NCBI GenBank assembly: GCA_028712885.1
Contig: JAQTPK010000006.1
Location: forward strand, 14,273 to 78,272
DNA: 64,000 nt
Source: Syntrophales bacterium
GTDB taxonomy: Bacteria; Desulfobacterota; Syntrophia; Syntrophales; UBA4778
Direction: 5' to 3'
Numbering within the stretch: the first letter of the stretch is position 1; each line of letters begins with the position of its first letter. This document shows positions 16,802-25,908 of the stretch, in pieces. The notes under the pieces are model-generated. The model did no database searches and was not told the origin of the DNA. It worked only from the letters and a program-made list of their open reading frames with translations. Made by a program: the position numbers and the translations under genes.

Positions 16802-18232
16802 TCAAAGCGATTCGAAGCAGCCCGGATCCCATCGAGCCTCGGCCGGGCGCTTTCTTCCGGCGTGGTCGGTTGCAAAGGCCTGACCCAGGTTAATCCCGGC
16901 GCCGTTTGCCTCGGAGCGTGGATCAAGCATGAAGGAATTTCCCCGGGATAAATAGGTGTATCCGGACAACACGGGCTGAATCTGGGACAACCCGTGCACT
17001 TCGTATCCGAGCGCCCTCATCCCGGCAAGATCCTTGTGCGCGCCGTACCATAAATAAGTCAGGGAGGAACCTCCATCGTAAATCGTATTCAGAGTCAGGT
17101 TGTAATCGAGCGTGAGCCCGCGGGGAGGATGCCCGGTGAACCGGAATTGCCTGTTGTATCCCCCGTTGTTGATCAGAACATTATTACGTATGTCGAGGGA
17201 CGCCAGCTTGCCGCCTTCCGGGCTCCTGTCTCCAACGGTTATTCCGTTGAAAACGCAATCGGCTATTGTATTGTTGTAAATTTTCAAATTTGCGATTGAC
17301 GCACGCCCTCCCGTTTCCGCGTCAACTGCAATTCCGGTCACCCCGACCGGGGCGCCGGCGGAAGTTCCGTATACCAGGTTGGCCCAGATCTCCACATTGT
17401 TGCAGACCGACAGGCCGGCCCCGTAATCGAAAGCATCCACGTATATGTTCTGGGTGCAGTCATATACGGTATTGCGGGCAACCGACACGTATGACCCCTG
17501 TACGACAATTCCATCGGAGTGGACCAGAGTATTCAGCAGATTGGAAACCGTATTTTCCGATACGAGGACGGAGCTGCCCGCGGTAATGCCGTCCCCGCCG
17601 ATCCCGTCTATCCGGTTTTTCTCCACGATGCTTGCGGCAGGAGAGGGAAGGCCCGTGTTGACGATAATGCCGTTGGCGGGGAAAGCTCCTTCGGCCCCGG
17701 TAAGAATGTTGCCGCTTATTGCAGCCCCTTCTGCATATCTGCCGTCGATCGTATAGCTGGCCCCGACCTGGATTCCAATCCGGGAAAACGCGCAGCGTGA
17801 AACCTTGCAGTCCTTTGTCCCCTGCATAACGAGAGCGTGCGACGCGCTCTGCTTCATGGAGATATCTTCTATTTCCACGCCGGAAAGACCGGTCAGGACC
17901 AGGCAATTCTGCCGGGAATAGCCGGCGTCGATCGTCCCGGCGTCGCCGGGACAGGAGCCTCTGATTGTGATTTTCCCGCCCTCAGTCCCCGAAGTTCCCA
18001 CCTCGAGGGTTTCCCGATGCGTTCCGCATACGTATAGGACGTCTCCTTCTTTGACTCCCGCCGGTCCCCAGACGATCCTGCTGAAGCCGGCCCATGCATC
18101 GGCATGTGACCTGCCGGTCCCGGACCCGTAGATTGCCCCCTCAGGCCGCACATACCAGTTTGACGCAGCTGCGGGATATATCCAGGCAAGCAGCGCTGCA
18201 ACCGCCGCCGCGCACATGATTGTCATTTTCAT
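16802..18232 (-). CDS. Secreted right-handed parallel beta-helix protein, paralogue 2
   Basis: Start moved to ATG 18232 (MKMTIMCAAAVAALLAWIYPAAA, a signal peptide). 'WYVRPEGAIYGSGTGRSHADAW..VLYVCGTH', 'HSDGIVVQGS..NTVYDCTQNIYVD' and 'RWDPGCFES' parallel paralogue 1. Confidence 0.75.
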   Translation of the reverse strand: MKMTIMCAAAVAALLAWIYPAAASNWYVRPEGAIYGSGTGRSHADAWAGFSRIVWGPAGVKEGDVLYVCGTHRETLEVGTSGTEGGKITIRGSCPGDAGTIDAGYSRQNCLVLTGLSGVEIEDISMKQSASHALVMQGTKDCKVSRCAFSRIGIQVGASYTIDGRYAEGAAISGNILTGAEGAFPANGIIVNTGLPSPAASIVEKNRIDGIGGDGITAGSSVLVSENTVSNLLNTLVHSDGIVVQGSYVSVARNTVYDCTQNIYVDAFDYGAGLSVCNNVEIWANLVYGTSAGAPVGVTGIAVDAETGGRASIANLKIYNNTIADCVFNGITVGDRSPEGGKLASLDIRNNVLINNGGYNRQFRFTGHPPRGLTLDYNLTLNTIYDGGSSLTYLWYGAHKDLAGMRALGYEVHGLSQIQPVLSGYTYLSRGNSFMLDPRSEANGAGINLGQAFATDHAGRKRPAEARWDPGCFESL

Positions 18233-18338
18233 CGGCCTTCCATCCGTCTTCAAAATTTCCACTGTCGGCAGGAAACGCTTTGCTCCTCCCGTTTGGACCT
18301 GGAGCTTCGAGCGGCGTTCTTCTTCCCGGCAGCAGAGC

Positions 18339-19760
18339 CTATGGCAGAGTCCACAACCGCTCCCCCGACGCGCTTTCTGCACCATTCTCAAGAATTTGAT
18401 ACTCTCTTACGGCCTCAATAGTCGGGCTGAGTTCGTACGCTTCAAGCCCGCTTATCATGGATATCATGGCGATAAGGAAATACCAGGGGAGGATCATCTG
18501 ATCAAAATAGGCGATGCCGAAAAAGGAAACGGTATGGGCGACCAGCGCCGAACCTGTCGCCCACAGCACCATCTGGGCGGGCCTGTTGTCCTGCACCTCG
18601 TCCATTTTGGAGCCGATGGCGCGAAAACACAGCGTGAGCATTACGATAAACAGAATAAACGTCAGCAGACCGCCGCGGATGCCTTCCCCGACGAACTGAT
18701 TCACCGTATCCCACATCATCCAGCCCCAGTGATTGGTGGATTTGGTTCCAAGCAGCCACCACTCGTCGAATCTCCGTATAAACTGGTCTACGAGGGTGAA
18801 GCGGTGGTACGAGCTCGATCCGGCGAAAACGCCTACCCTGTCGATAAGGGCCCATACCGGAGCCTTCATAATAAGATGAAGGATTACCAGAGTCGAAAGC
18901 ACGCCCCACTTCAGCCATTTCAGCCGGTGGCGCCAGGGCGAGAGAAAGAGGGCCGCAATACCCGCCAGCATCGCGAGAAACGGGCCGCTGGAAAAGGACA
19001 GAAGCGTGACGAGGGCGGAAGCGATGATCCCCGCCATGATCAATGTCCGGTTCGCAGCGGGCTTCCACCACATGGAAGCGAGCAGCGGGATCAGAACGGC
19101 GCCGAAAGTGCCGGCGGTGATCGGATGGGCGAACGGCCCCTGGCTCCTGAGGACTCCTTCGCGCTCAGTTGTAATTTCTTCCATTCCGCCGAGAAAGGCA
19201 ACCGGATTGCGCCCGGTGACCTGCTCGGCGCCCATGATCAGTACAAGTATAACGCTGATGACGGCGAGGGCCGATACCGCCCTGTCCATTTGCTCCTGAT
19301 CGGAAATCATCTGGCGGCACAGAAAATAAATGCCCGCCGCATCGAGCAGGAATCCGAGGCGATTGACCAAAGCCCCCCAGGTCTGCCAAAGCAGAACAAA
19401 GGCAATAACGTTCGAGAGAGCCCAGAAAATAAAGACTTTATCGATCGCCGTCATACGGATGGTGTGGATTTCCATGCGGAAGAATAACCTGGCCCAGGCG
19501 GCGATAATAAGGATCCTTAAAGCCGTGAAATTCAATCCCAGGAAAACGGCCTTCTGGCTCATCGGTATCAGCAGCCCCGCAATTGCGAATACGGCAAAGG
19601 CCTTGTCGCGTTCGAGAACCAGTATCAATATTCCGCATACGGCAAGAAACAGAATCGCGGCCGGATGAATGAGCGTTTCACCGGTTCCCCCACCCCAGAT
19701 GTGCCTTATTATCGCGTCATCCATTTCCATTTCCCTCCGTGCAGGGCATCCGTCCGGCAA
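18339..19760 (-). CDS. Wzy-like polymerase / O-antigen-ligase-family membrane protein
   Basis: About 10-12 TM helices with a large loop, within the Wzx/GT context. Start ambiguous (19760, 19730 or 19724). Confidence 0.65.
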   Translation of the reverse strand: MPDGCPARREMEMDDAIIRHIWGGGTGETLIHPAAILFLAVCGILILVLERDKAFAVFAIAGLLIPMSQKAVFLGLNFTALRILIIAAWARLFFRMEIHTIRMTAIDKVFIFWALSNVIAFVLLWQTWGALVNRLGFLLDAAGIYFLCRQMISDQEQMDRAVSALAVISVILVLIMGAEQVTGRNPVAFLGGMEEITTEREGVLRSQGPFAHPITAGTFGAVLIPLLASMWWKPAANRTLIMAGIIASALVTLLSFSSGPFLAMLAGIAALFLSPWRHRLKWLKWGVLSTLVILHLIMKAPVWALIDRVGVFAGSSSYHRFTLVDQFIRRFDEWWLLGTKSTNHWGWMMWDTVNQFVGEGIRGGLLTFILFIVMLTLCFRAIGSKMDEVQDNRPAQMVLWATGSALVAHTVSFFGIAYFDQMILPWYFLIAMISMISGLEAYELSPTIEAVREYQILENGAESASGERLWTLP

Positions 19761-19887
19761 ACCCTGGACCGATTAACTGTAAACATCCGTCCCGGCGGCC
19801 GCCGCTGCCGCTTTGGACCGCAGATCGCCGCTCCGGATGCATATCACGCCTGTCTTGCACTCTGTGTCGCAATCGGGGCAAACTACA

Positions 19888-20796
19888 TTAATCCGCTTTC
19901 TTTTTTCCCCTGAATTCAAGTGAGCGCAATCTGCGCATCTGTTCCCGCCGGATAAAACGGACGAACTCCGCAGTAACCTGCCTTTCCTCGCGGATCAGGC
20001 TGAGCCATAAAAAGCCTGCCATCCGGAGCAGGGAACCTATAATAAAAGGAGGCTCGCGATAGCGGATAATGCATTTGAACAATTCGAAAACAGGATGGCT
20101 GCCGAGAGAGTAATCCATCCGGCCGAGACGCAAATAGGCCCTCGCGGCGCCCTCCACGGACCCGGTCGGCCGCTGGTGATAAACCGGGATTTCCGGGAAA
20201 CACCTGGCCTCCCATCCCTTCATTCTGACGGTCACTTCCGCGTGCCAGTCCGGCCCACCATATTTCAATGGAATGTATCCCCCGAAAGTTTCGTAGCATT
20301 CTCTCCGGAAAAGCTGCACCGCATGCGGCACGGAGTGAACCCGGTTGAAATTGCGGCTGCGGTACGCGTTTTTCCGCCATTCGTAAACGAATCCGCCTGC
20401 AAGCCCGAGCCTGGGGTTCATTCTGAACCTCTTCAGGATCCGCTCGTAGTAATCGGGCTCCAGAATTATGTCCGCGTCAAGATTGCCGATAAATGAAAAG
20501 GGCGTTTCCTGAAGTTTTCTGACGCCCTCCAGGATCGCATAAACCTGCGACCGGAAATTGCGCGAAGCGTCCCTTTGCAGTGAAACAAGATCGATGAAGC
20601 CAAGGCTTTCCATGTATTTCCCTATAATATCTTCCGTGCCGTCGCTGGATGCGTCGCTGACGATCACCCACCGGCGCGGGGGCACCGTCTGGGCGGCTAT
20701 GGATTCGACGGCGGAGGCTATGTACGCCTCTTCGTTATGCGCCGCCGTGACCAGCACGTAATCTCCTTCGGGTGGTGTATTGCTTCCCGGTCTCAT
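19888..20796 (-). CDS. Glycosyltransferase family 2
   Basis: 'YVLVTAAHNEEAYIASAVESIAAQTVPPRRWVIVSDASSDGTEDII' is a classic GT2 start. 'GNLDADI' is the DxD. 4-nt overlap with the upstream gene. Confidence 0.85.
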   Translation of the reverse strand: MRPGSNTPPEGDYVLVTAAHNEEAYIASAVESIAAQTVPPRRWVIVSDASSDGTEDIIGKYMESLGFIDLVSLQRDASRNFRSQVYAILEGVRKLQETPFSFIGNLDADIILEPDYYERILKRFRMNPRLGLAGGFVYEWRKNAYRSRNFNRVHSVPHAVQLFRRECYETFGGYIPLKYGGPDWHAEVTVRMKGWEARCFPEIPVYHQRPTGSVEGAARAYLRLGRMDYSLGSHPVFELFKCIIRYREPPFIIGSLLRMAGFLWLSLIREERQVTAEFVRFIRREQMRRLRSLEFRGKKKAD

Positions 20797-21764
20797 AATC
20801 CATCCAATCCGCTTAAAAGCATTCTAAGGCCTGCCGCGCTCCTCCGCACTTTGCTCATGCTGATCGAGTTCACCCGGTCCTCATCCCCGGCCGAAAGCAG
20901 CGCAAAGGCGGCGAGACGGACGGCGTCGTGCAGCATAAGCGTCAGGCGGTACAGGTTCTGCGCGCGGCGCCCGTGATGTTTTTTCCAGTATTGAAGGTTG
21001 GCGCGGTGCATTTCGAGATAGAACCGGACCGGCATGCGGGCCGAACTTGCCCCTCCCAGATGGACGGCCTGAGCTTCGGAGTAGAAAGCTACTTTCCAAT
21101 TTTTGCTCCTGAACCGGCGGCACCAGTCTATATCCTCCGCGTAAATGAAAAAATTCTCGTCGAGCGGCCCTACCGTTTCGAGCGCCGCCCTGCGAACCAT
21201 CCAGAAACAGCCGTTGACCACATCGACCTCGCGGCTGGTATCGTGAGGCCAATATGTAAGCAGCTGGCCTCCAAAACGCTTTGACCTCGGGAAAAAAGAA
21301 TCAAGGGCGAGGGCTCGGCAAAAGCTGTTCCAGACGGTTGGAAAGCCCATGCACGACCTCTGTACTTCGCCGCTTCCGTTGATAATCTGCGGGCCCAGCA
21401 AGCCGACCTTCGGCTTGCTCTCCATATAATCGAACATGGCCGGAATGCAACTTTCCGCAACCACCACATCCGAGTTGATCAGGCAGAGATACTTCCCCGA
21501 GCTTATCCCGATTCCCGCGTTGTTGGCGCGGGCGAAACCGTGGTTTGACTCGTTGCGGATGAGCCTGACCCGGGGGAATAACTTCTCTACACTTTCCGGT
21601 GAGCCGTCCACGGAGCCGTTATCCACGACGATGATCTCAATATCGAGACGTCCGCTTCCCCGCACTATCGACCGGAGACAGTTCAGGAGCAGATCCCTGG
21701 TATTCCAGTTCAGCACAATAGCCGACGCATCAGGTCTGTTGCTATTCTCGATTGCCATTGGCAT
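20793..21764 (-). CDS. Glycosyltransferase family 2
   Basis: Start at ATG 21764 (MPMAIENS..). 'ASAIVLNWNTRDLLLNCLRSI..IIVVDNGSVDGS..NHGFARANNAGI..CLINSDV'. Confidence 0.85.
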   Translation of the reverse strand: MPMAIENSNRPDASAIVLNWNTRDLLLNCLRSIVRGSGRLDIEIIVVDNGSVDGSPESVEKLFPRVRLIRNESNHGFARANNAGIGISSGKYLCLINSDVVVAESCIPAMFDYMESKPKVGLLGPQIINGSGEVQRSCMGFPTVWNSFCRALALDSFFPRSKRFGGQLLTYWPHDTSREVDVVNGCFWMVRRAALETVGPLDENFFIYAEDIDWCRRFRSKNWKVAFYSEAQAVHLGGASSARMPVRFYLEMHRANLQYWKKHHGRRAQNLYRLTLMLHDAVRLAAFALLSAGDEDRVNSISMSKVRRSAAGLRMLLSGLDGL

Positions 21765-21841
21765 CTCCGGGTCGGTTTCACTTTTTCCCCGGGGGCGCTC
21801 TCCGCCGTATCGGCGCAAGGCGTCACCCGGGCCTGAATACC

Positions 21842-22936
21842 TCATGCAAACGCATACAGAATCCATCCCAGGTGGTAAGGCCTGCATTCTTCCTGGAGGC
21901 GGAAAGAGGATGGGAAAACCCTTCCCGCCCCTGGCAGCCTGGCAAGAGAAAGGGCCGCCTCCAGCATCCGCATTTTTTTCCTTTTATAAATGCTCCTCCA
22001 GACGAGATTAAGCCGGGCGTCGATCATTTCCCGGTCAAGCTCGTTTTCGCCCGTGATCCATATCAGCCCGCGCTCGATTTCCGATTCGAAATTTTCGCCG
22101 GACGCCTTGCCGGCCGCGCACAGAGCCATGGGCGCCATTGCGTCCTGATGAACGGAAAACACCGGATACCTGGAGACGACCCTTCCCGTTCTCATATCGT
22201 AATGCCACCACCATTGGCCTCTCGGCCCCTGGTGGGCGCAGATAGTCCTGGCGCACTTAACCGCGATTTCGACCGCCTCCGCATTGCCCGCTTCCTTTCC
22301 GTACTGCGCGAAGGCGTAAATCGGATAAACCTGATCCGCGAAATTGCCGATCGCGCCCCGGAGCCGGTTCATCAGGCTTCCACCCGTCTGGTGCCCGAAT
22401 ATTCCTTCATTCCCGTAATAGTCCCTCACTTTTCTGAATACCTCATCCATGAGCCCGGTATTGCGGCAGCGGCCGCCCGCGCGGGATGCATATGCGAGTC
22501 CCGTCAGGAACCAGGACATCTCCATCGTAAAAAACTCCCCCGATAAATGGCAGGTCCTCCACACTGTTTCCGGATGAAGGCGCCTGTAGACTTCTCCAAG
22601 CATATCGGGACAGGATTTGGCGCACAGCCAGAGGAGAAGGCCGGCTTCCCCCGTTTCCTCCTTCCTGATCATGGCAGCAAGCCGTGAGACGAAATCGGCC
22701 GGATTCAGGACGGTCTCCATTCCCCTGTCCCGGGCGGCCTGGATACCCAGCAGCGAAATGAGCGTGTATCGCACCGATGCGCCCTCCCTGAACAGTCCCT
22801 CCCTCCCCCGGGCGGCGCGGAAGCAGAACAGGCCCCTTTCCTTATCGTACAGGTCAGTCAATCCATTCAGCGCCAATGTGACGAGATCGCGCTTAAGCTT
22901 TTCAATTTTGAACTCAGCCGCCGGGTTCAGTGCCAT
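21842..22936 (-). CDS. Uncharacterised protein, probable (alpha/alpha)6-toroid fold
   Basis: All-helical repeats with aromatic-rich connecting motifs ('GPRGQWWWHYD..YPVFSVHQDAM'). No catalytic family recognised by eye. Confidence 0.35.
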   Translation of the reverse strand: MALNPAAEFKIEKLKRDLVTLALNGLTDLYDKERGLFCFRAARGREGLFREGASVRYTLISLLGIQAARDRGMETVLNPADFVSRLAAMIRKEETGEAGLLLWLCAKSCPDMLGEVYRRLHPETVWRTCHLSGEFFTMEMSWFLTGLAYASRAGGRCRNTGLMDEVFRKVRDYYGNEGIFGHQTGGSLMNRLRGAIGNFADQVYPIYAFAQYGKEAGNAEAVEIAVKCARTICAHQGPRGQWWWHYDMRTGRVVSRYPVFSVHQDAMAPMALCAAGKASGENFESEIERGLIWITGENELDREMIDARLNLVWRSIYKRKKMRMLEAALSLARLPGAGRVFPSSFRLQEECRPYHLGWILYAFA

Positions 22937-23984
22937 GCTCGCCCTCCATTATTTTTTCTATGGATGTCACGATCTTGCGGAGCGCATCCGTTCTCCGACC
23001 GGGCCGGCCGCCGTCCTTTTTCCGGCGCTGCAGGACTATGCTTGTCTTGACATCCTCCGGATATGCAATAATGTGGAGCCTTCCCTCACGGGAAAGATAA
23101 TCGTCTATTGCTCCCAGGCGGCCCCGGAAAATGCTGTACACCGGAACGCCCAGAGCGGCTGCCTCCCTGTTAATCGTTCCCCCGCCGCTGATTACCAGAT
23201 CGGAATGCCAGATCAGGTTGAGCCCGTTCACTACTTTTTCAGGAATTACGATCCTTCCGTTTTCAATCAGCCGCGTCCACTGCTTCCGGACCGTCTCGTT
23301 CTGTCTCTCGTTTCTGGGAAGGATGATCATCCGGACCTCTTCCGCGCCAAGCCTGCTGATGACTTCCGAAAACAGGATCTCGCTTTCGGGATTGTGATAG
23401 TGCGCTTCCGTAGCCGGCGGGCGGATTGTTGCGACCAGCTCGGCGGCTGATATCCCGAGGTCGCCGAGAATGCCGGAGTCTGATTCGAATTCCGGAACAT
23501 AGACGTCCTCCTTGATCCCCGGGTAGCGGATGATCCGGCTGTTCCTGAAAGGAAGGCTGGAATCCGGAATTACTTCCGGCATGATAATCCAGGAAGGATC
23601 GGCTATTTTCTGAGAGAATTCATAGTCCATGATGAGAACGGACTTTATCCCCTGCAGTCTGGACAGCAGCAGCTGGGATCGCGAGCCGTGCGACACGGCC
23701 AGAACCGGTTTTTCCCGCAGCATCACCGGCGTCAGCTGGACCGCCCGGAAGACCGTTCCCAGGACTTTCATCGCCTTGTTCTTTCCGTAATGGATCCCTA
23801 TCCGCTGGTAGCTCATACCGTAGAGATCCGCCAGCCCGCAGACCTGAAAGCAGTCCCTTGCCGTAATCAGGACGGGGTACCCTTTCTTCCGGAGCTCACG
23901 TATGATGGGGTGGAAAAAAGGGACGTGCGGCGTATTGTCCAGATCAATCCAGATCTTTTTTTTATTCATTTCGTCAAAACGCAT
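22914..23984 (-). CDS. DUF354-family protein (GT-B / UDP-GlcNAc 2-epimerase-like fold)
   Basis: Start at ATG 23984 (MRFDEMNKKKIWIDLDNTPHVPFFHPIIRELRKKGYPVLITARD..), which matches the DUF354 N-terminal signature. Confidence 0.65.
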   Translation of the reverse strand: MRFDEMNKKKIWIDLDNTPHVPFFHPIIRELRKKGYPVLITARDCFQVCGLADLYGMSYQRIGIHYGKNKAMKVLGTVFRAVQLTPVMLREKPVLAVSHGSRSQLLLSRLQGIKSVLIMDYEFSQKIADPSWIIMPEVIPDSSLPFRNSRIIRYPGIKEDVYVPEFESDSGILGDLGISAAELVATIRPPATEAHYHNPESEILFSEVISRLGAEEVRMIILPRNERQNETVRKQWTRLIENGRIVIPEKVVNGLNLIWHSDLVISGGGTINREAAALGVPVYSIFRGRLGAIDDYLSREGRLHIIAYPEDVKTSIVLQRRKKDGGRPGRRTDALRKIVTSIEKIMEGEHGTEPGG

Positions 23985-24015
23985 TCTCTTCACCTTCCGC
24001 GGATCATTGTGACCT

Positions 24016-25071
24016 TCACCCCATATGCCGGTAGAAAGTCCTACCGATCCAGTGCAGAACGGGGACAGGCAGGCAGCGGAGTATCCGGACATAATTTCTT
24101 CGCACCATGTCGGACGATGCGAGGAATTTTCCTCTCCGGAAATCGTATTTAAAATAACGGATCTTCTGCTCCTCCGCGCCCCAGCCGGACTTGAATTGGA
24201 TCAGCCCCGAATTGTCCGGCTCCGTCCTGCCGAAGTGGAACTCTTCATAATCCCTGCCGCTGTACAGCCTGATAGCTTCCCAGATGACCAGGTTATTGGC
24301 CCGAAGGTGCTGATATTTCCGATCCGAGGCGCCGTACTTAAATACGGCGCTTTTTCCAAAGTGGAGAAATACCGCAGCAGCCAACGGTCTGCGTCCACTG
24401 AAAGCCACGATCGTCCGCCCCGAGTTTCCGGCAATAATATGCTCATGCAGTTTCCGGAAAAAAATGAACGGCTGGGGAGGAAGCCCGTGCAGTTTGCGGG
24501 TGAGCGCGTTCAGCCGGCCGAATATCCTGAGTCCCTCCTCAGAATCCGTAATTTTTATCCTGACCCCCTCTTTAATGCTCTTTCGGATATTCCGTTTGAC
24601 CGAGCTGTCGAACCCGGAAAACAGGCCTTCCTCCCCTTTCCGCAGGTCGAGGCTGTGTCCGATGAACTCCGACGAACACGTCTCCGGCAGATATCCGGCT
24701 TCGCCGCGGAATTCCACCGAATTCCAACGGCGGACCCGCCCATGCTCCAGGATTCTGTCCAGCAGATCCCGCCGGCACCCCGCGGAGATGGTCCCGCAGA
24801 AGTCCGAGAACGGCAGCGATACCCCTCTCCTTCCCGTTATCAGGCTCCGGACCTCCATCAAGGGGATCATGACGGAAAAGCCCGCGCCTCCTTCTGCCTG
24901 CACGAAATACTGGGGATCGTAACCGTAAGCCTCGTTCAGCACTCTCGCCCACGACTCGGTGTGAAAAACCGATGAGGACCCGGATTCCAGCAGTCTCCTG
25001 TCCCAATCGGGATAATCCCAGGGGCGGACAACCTGCAGCTCTTCAGGGCTTATGAGCCTCATTCTCGTCAC
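24016..25071 (-). CDS. FemAB-family / Acetyltransf_6-type acyl(aminoacyl)transferase of the type found in PEP-CTERM EPS loci
   Basis: 'SVFHTESWARVLNEAYGY', 'SVKRNIRKSIKEGV', 'KYGASDRKYQHLRANNLVIWEAI' and 'GLIQFKSGWGAEE' are hallmarks of the FemAB-related GNAT pair. Confidence 0.7.
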   Translation of the reverse strand: MTRMRLISPEELQVVRPWDYPDWDRRLLESGSSSVFHTESWARVLNEAYGYDPQYFVQAEGGAGFSVMIPLMEVRSLITGRRGVSLPFSDFCGTISAGCRRDLLDRILEHGRVRRWNSVEFRGEAGYLPETCSSEFIGHSLDLRKGEEGLFSGFDSSVKRNIRKSIKEGVRIKITDSEEGLRIFGRLNALTRKLHGLPPQPFIFFRKLHEHIIAGNSGRTIVAFSGRRPLAAAVFLHFGKSAVFKYGASDRKYQHLRANNLVIWEAIRLYSGRDYEEFHFGRTEPDNSGLIQFKSGWGAEEQKIRYFKYDFRRGKFLASSDMVRRNYVRILRCLPVPVLHWIGRTFYRHMG

Positions 25072-25095
25072 CCGTTCAGGGCCGGTCTTTATTTT

Positions 25096-25908
25096 TTAAA
25101 CTCCCCGCAGCCTCCTTGCGTAATCCGGCCTCAAAATTCTGATCAGAAGGAGAGTGATCGGGTTCATGCGATAATAGGCCGGCTCGCTCGACCGCCTGCA
25201 TCCCCGGCGCAATTTGAAATCATCCAGGCTGCCTTTACTGCCGGCGATTCCCATAAAGACCAGCTGCGCTCCCCTGCACTCGGCCGCGAATTCCCTGATG
25301 AGATGAAGCGAGTATTCAGGGGCATTGAACCTGAGCCCGGTCGAATTGCTGAATGAAGAAGAGTAATAGATGACATCCTCAACTGAATAGGCGACGTTAA
25401 TGCAGCACAGGATGCCTTCATGGTAAAGACCGAAGACGAGGACTTTGGGGCTTTGCACAAGTACTCCCGCCCATGCCGCAAAGGACTCCTTTTTCTCCCG
25501 CTCGCGCTTCCACCTGTATTGCGTTCTGGCGAAGAACTCCAGGTAGACCGGATGTCCCGCATCGATGAATTCCGCAGGGTCGCTGATCCTCCTTATCTCC
25601 AGGTGTTTTGCCGATTTCCTTATCGCTCTCCTGTACTTGGATGCGATGCTGGATATCGAGTATTCCCCGGTGTTGTCGGTTACGATGAAATTCATTTTCG
25701 AGTTCGCACCCTTTTCTCCGGTTACAAGATGCTGATACCCCGCCAGCACGGATCCGGCAGGGGGGCCGGCCTTCTCCGGCTCCGCTCTGAGAAACAGATG
25801 TACAGGCCGGTAAAAGAAGGGGCGAACCTGCCGCCACCAGATTCCGCCGGAATGCCTGACCCGTGCCCCTGCCTGCTCCTCCAGGGCGGCATGCTCTGCA
25901 ATCGTCAT
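25096..25908 (-). CDS. Hypothetical protein, distant FemAB/GNAT-like acyltransferase fold
   Basis: Start set at ATG 25908 (ATGA overlap with the DegT stop). 'KYRRAIRKSAKHLEI', 'VFGLYHEGILCCINVAY' and 'SLDDFKLRRGC' loosely parallel the neighbouring FemAB-like protein. Confidence 0.35.
   Translation of the reverse strand: MTIAEHAALEEQAGARVRHSGGIWWRQVRPFFYRPVHLFLRAEPEKAGPPAGSVLAGYQHLVTGEKGANSKMNFIVTDNTGEYSISSIASKYRRAIRKSAKHLEIRRISDPAEFIDAGHPVYLEFFARTQYRWKREREKKESFAAWAGVLVQSPKVLVFGLYHEGILCCINVAYSVEDVIYYSSSFSNSTGLRFNAPEYSLHLIREFAAECRGAQLVFMGIAGSKGSLDDFKLRRGCRRSSEPAYYRMNPITLLLIRILRPDYARRLRGV

Noticed and set aside
18216-19487. 423-aa plus-strand ORF antisense to the Wzy-like membrane protein
   Set aside because: Highly basic, low-complexity product. 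The minus frame gives a coherent polytopic membrane protein.
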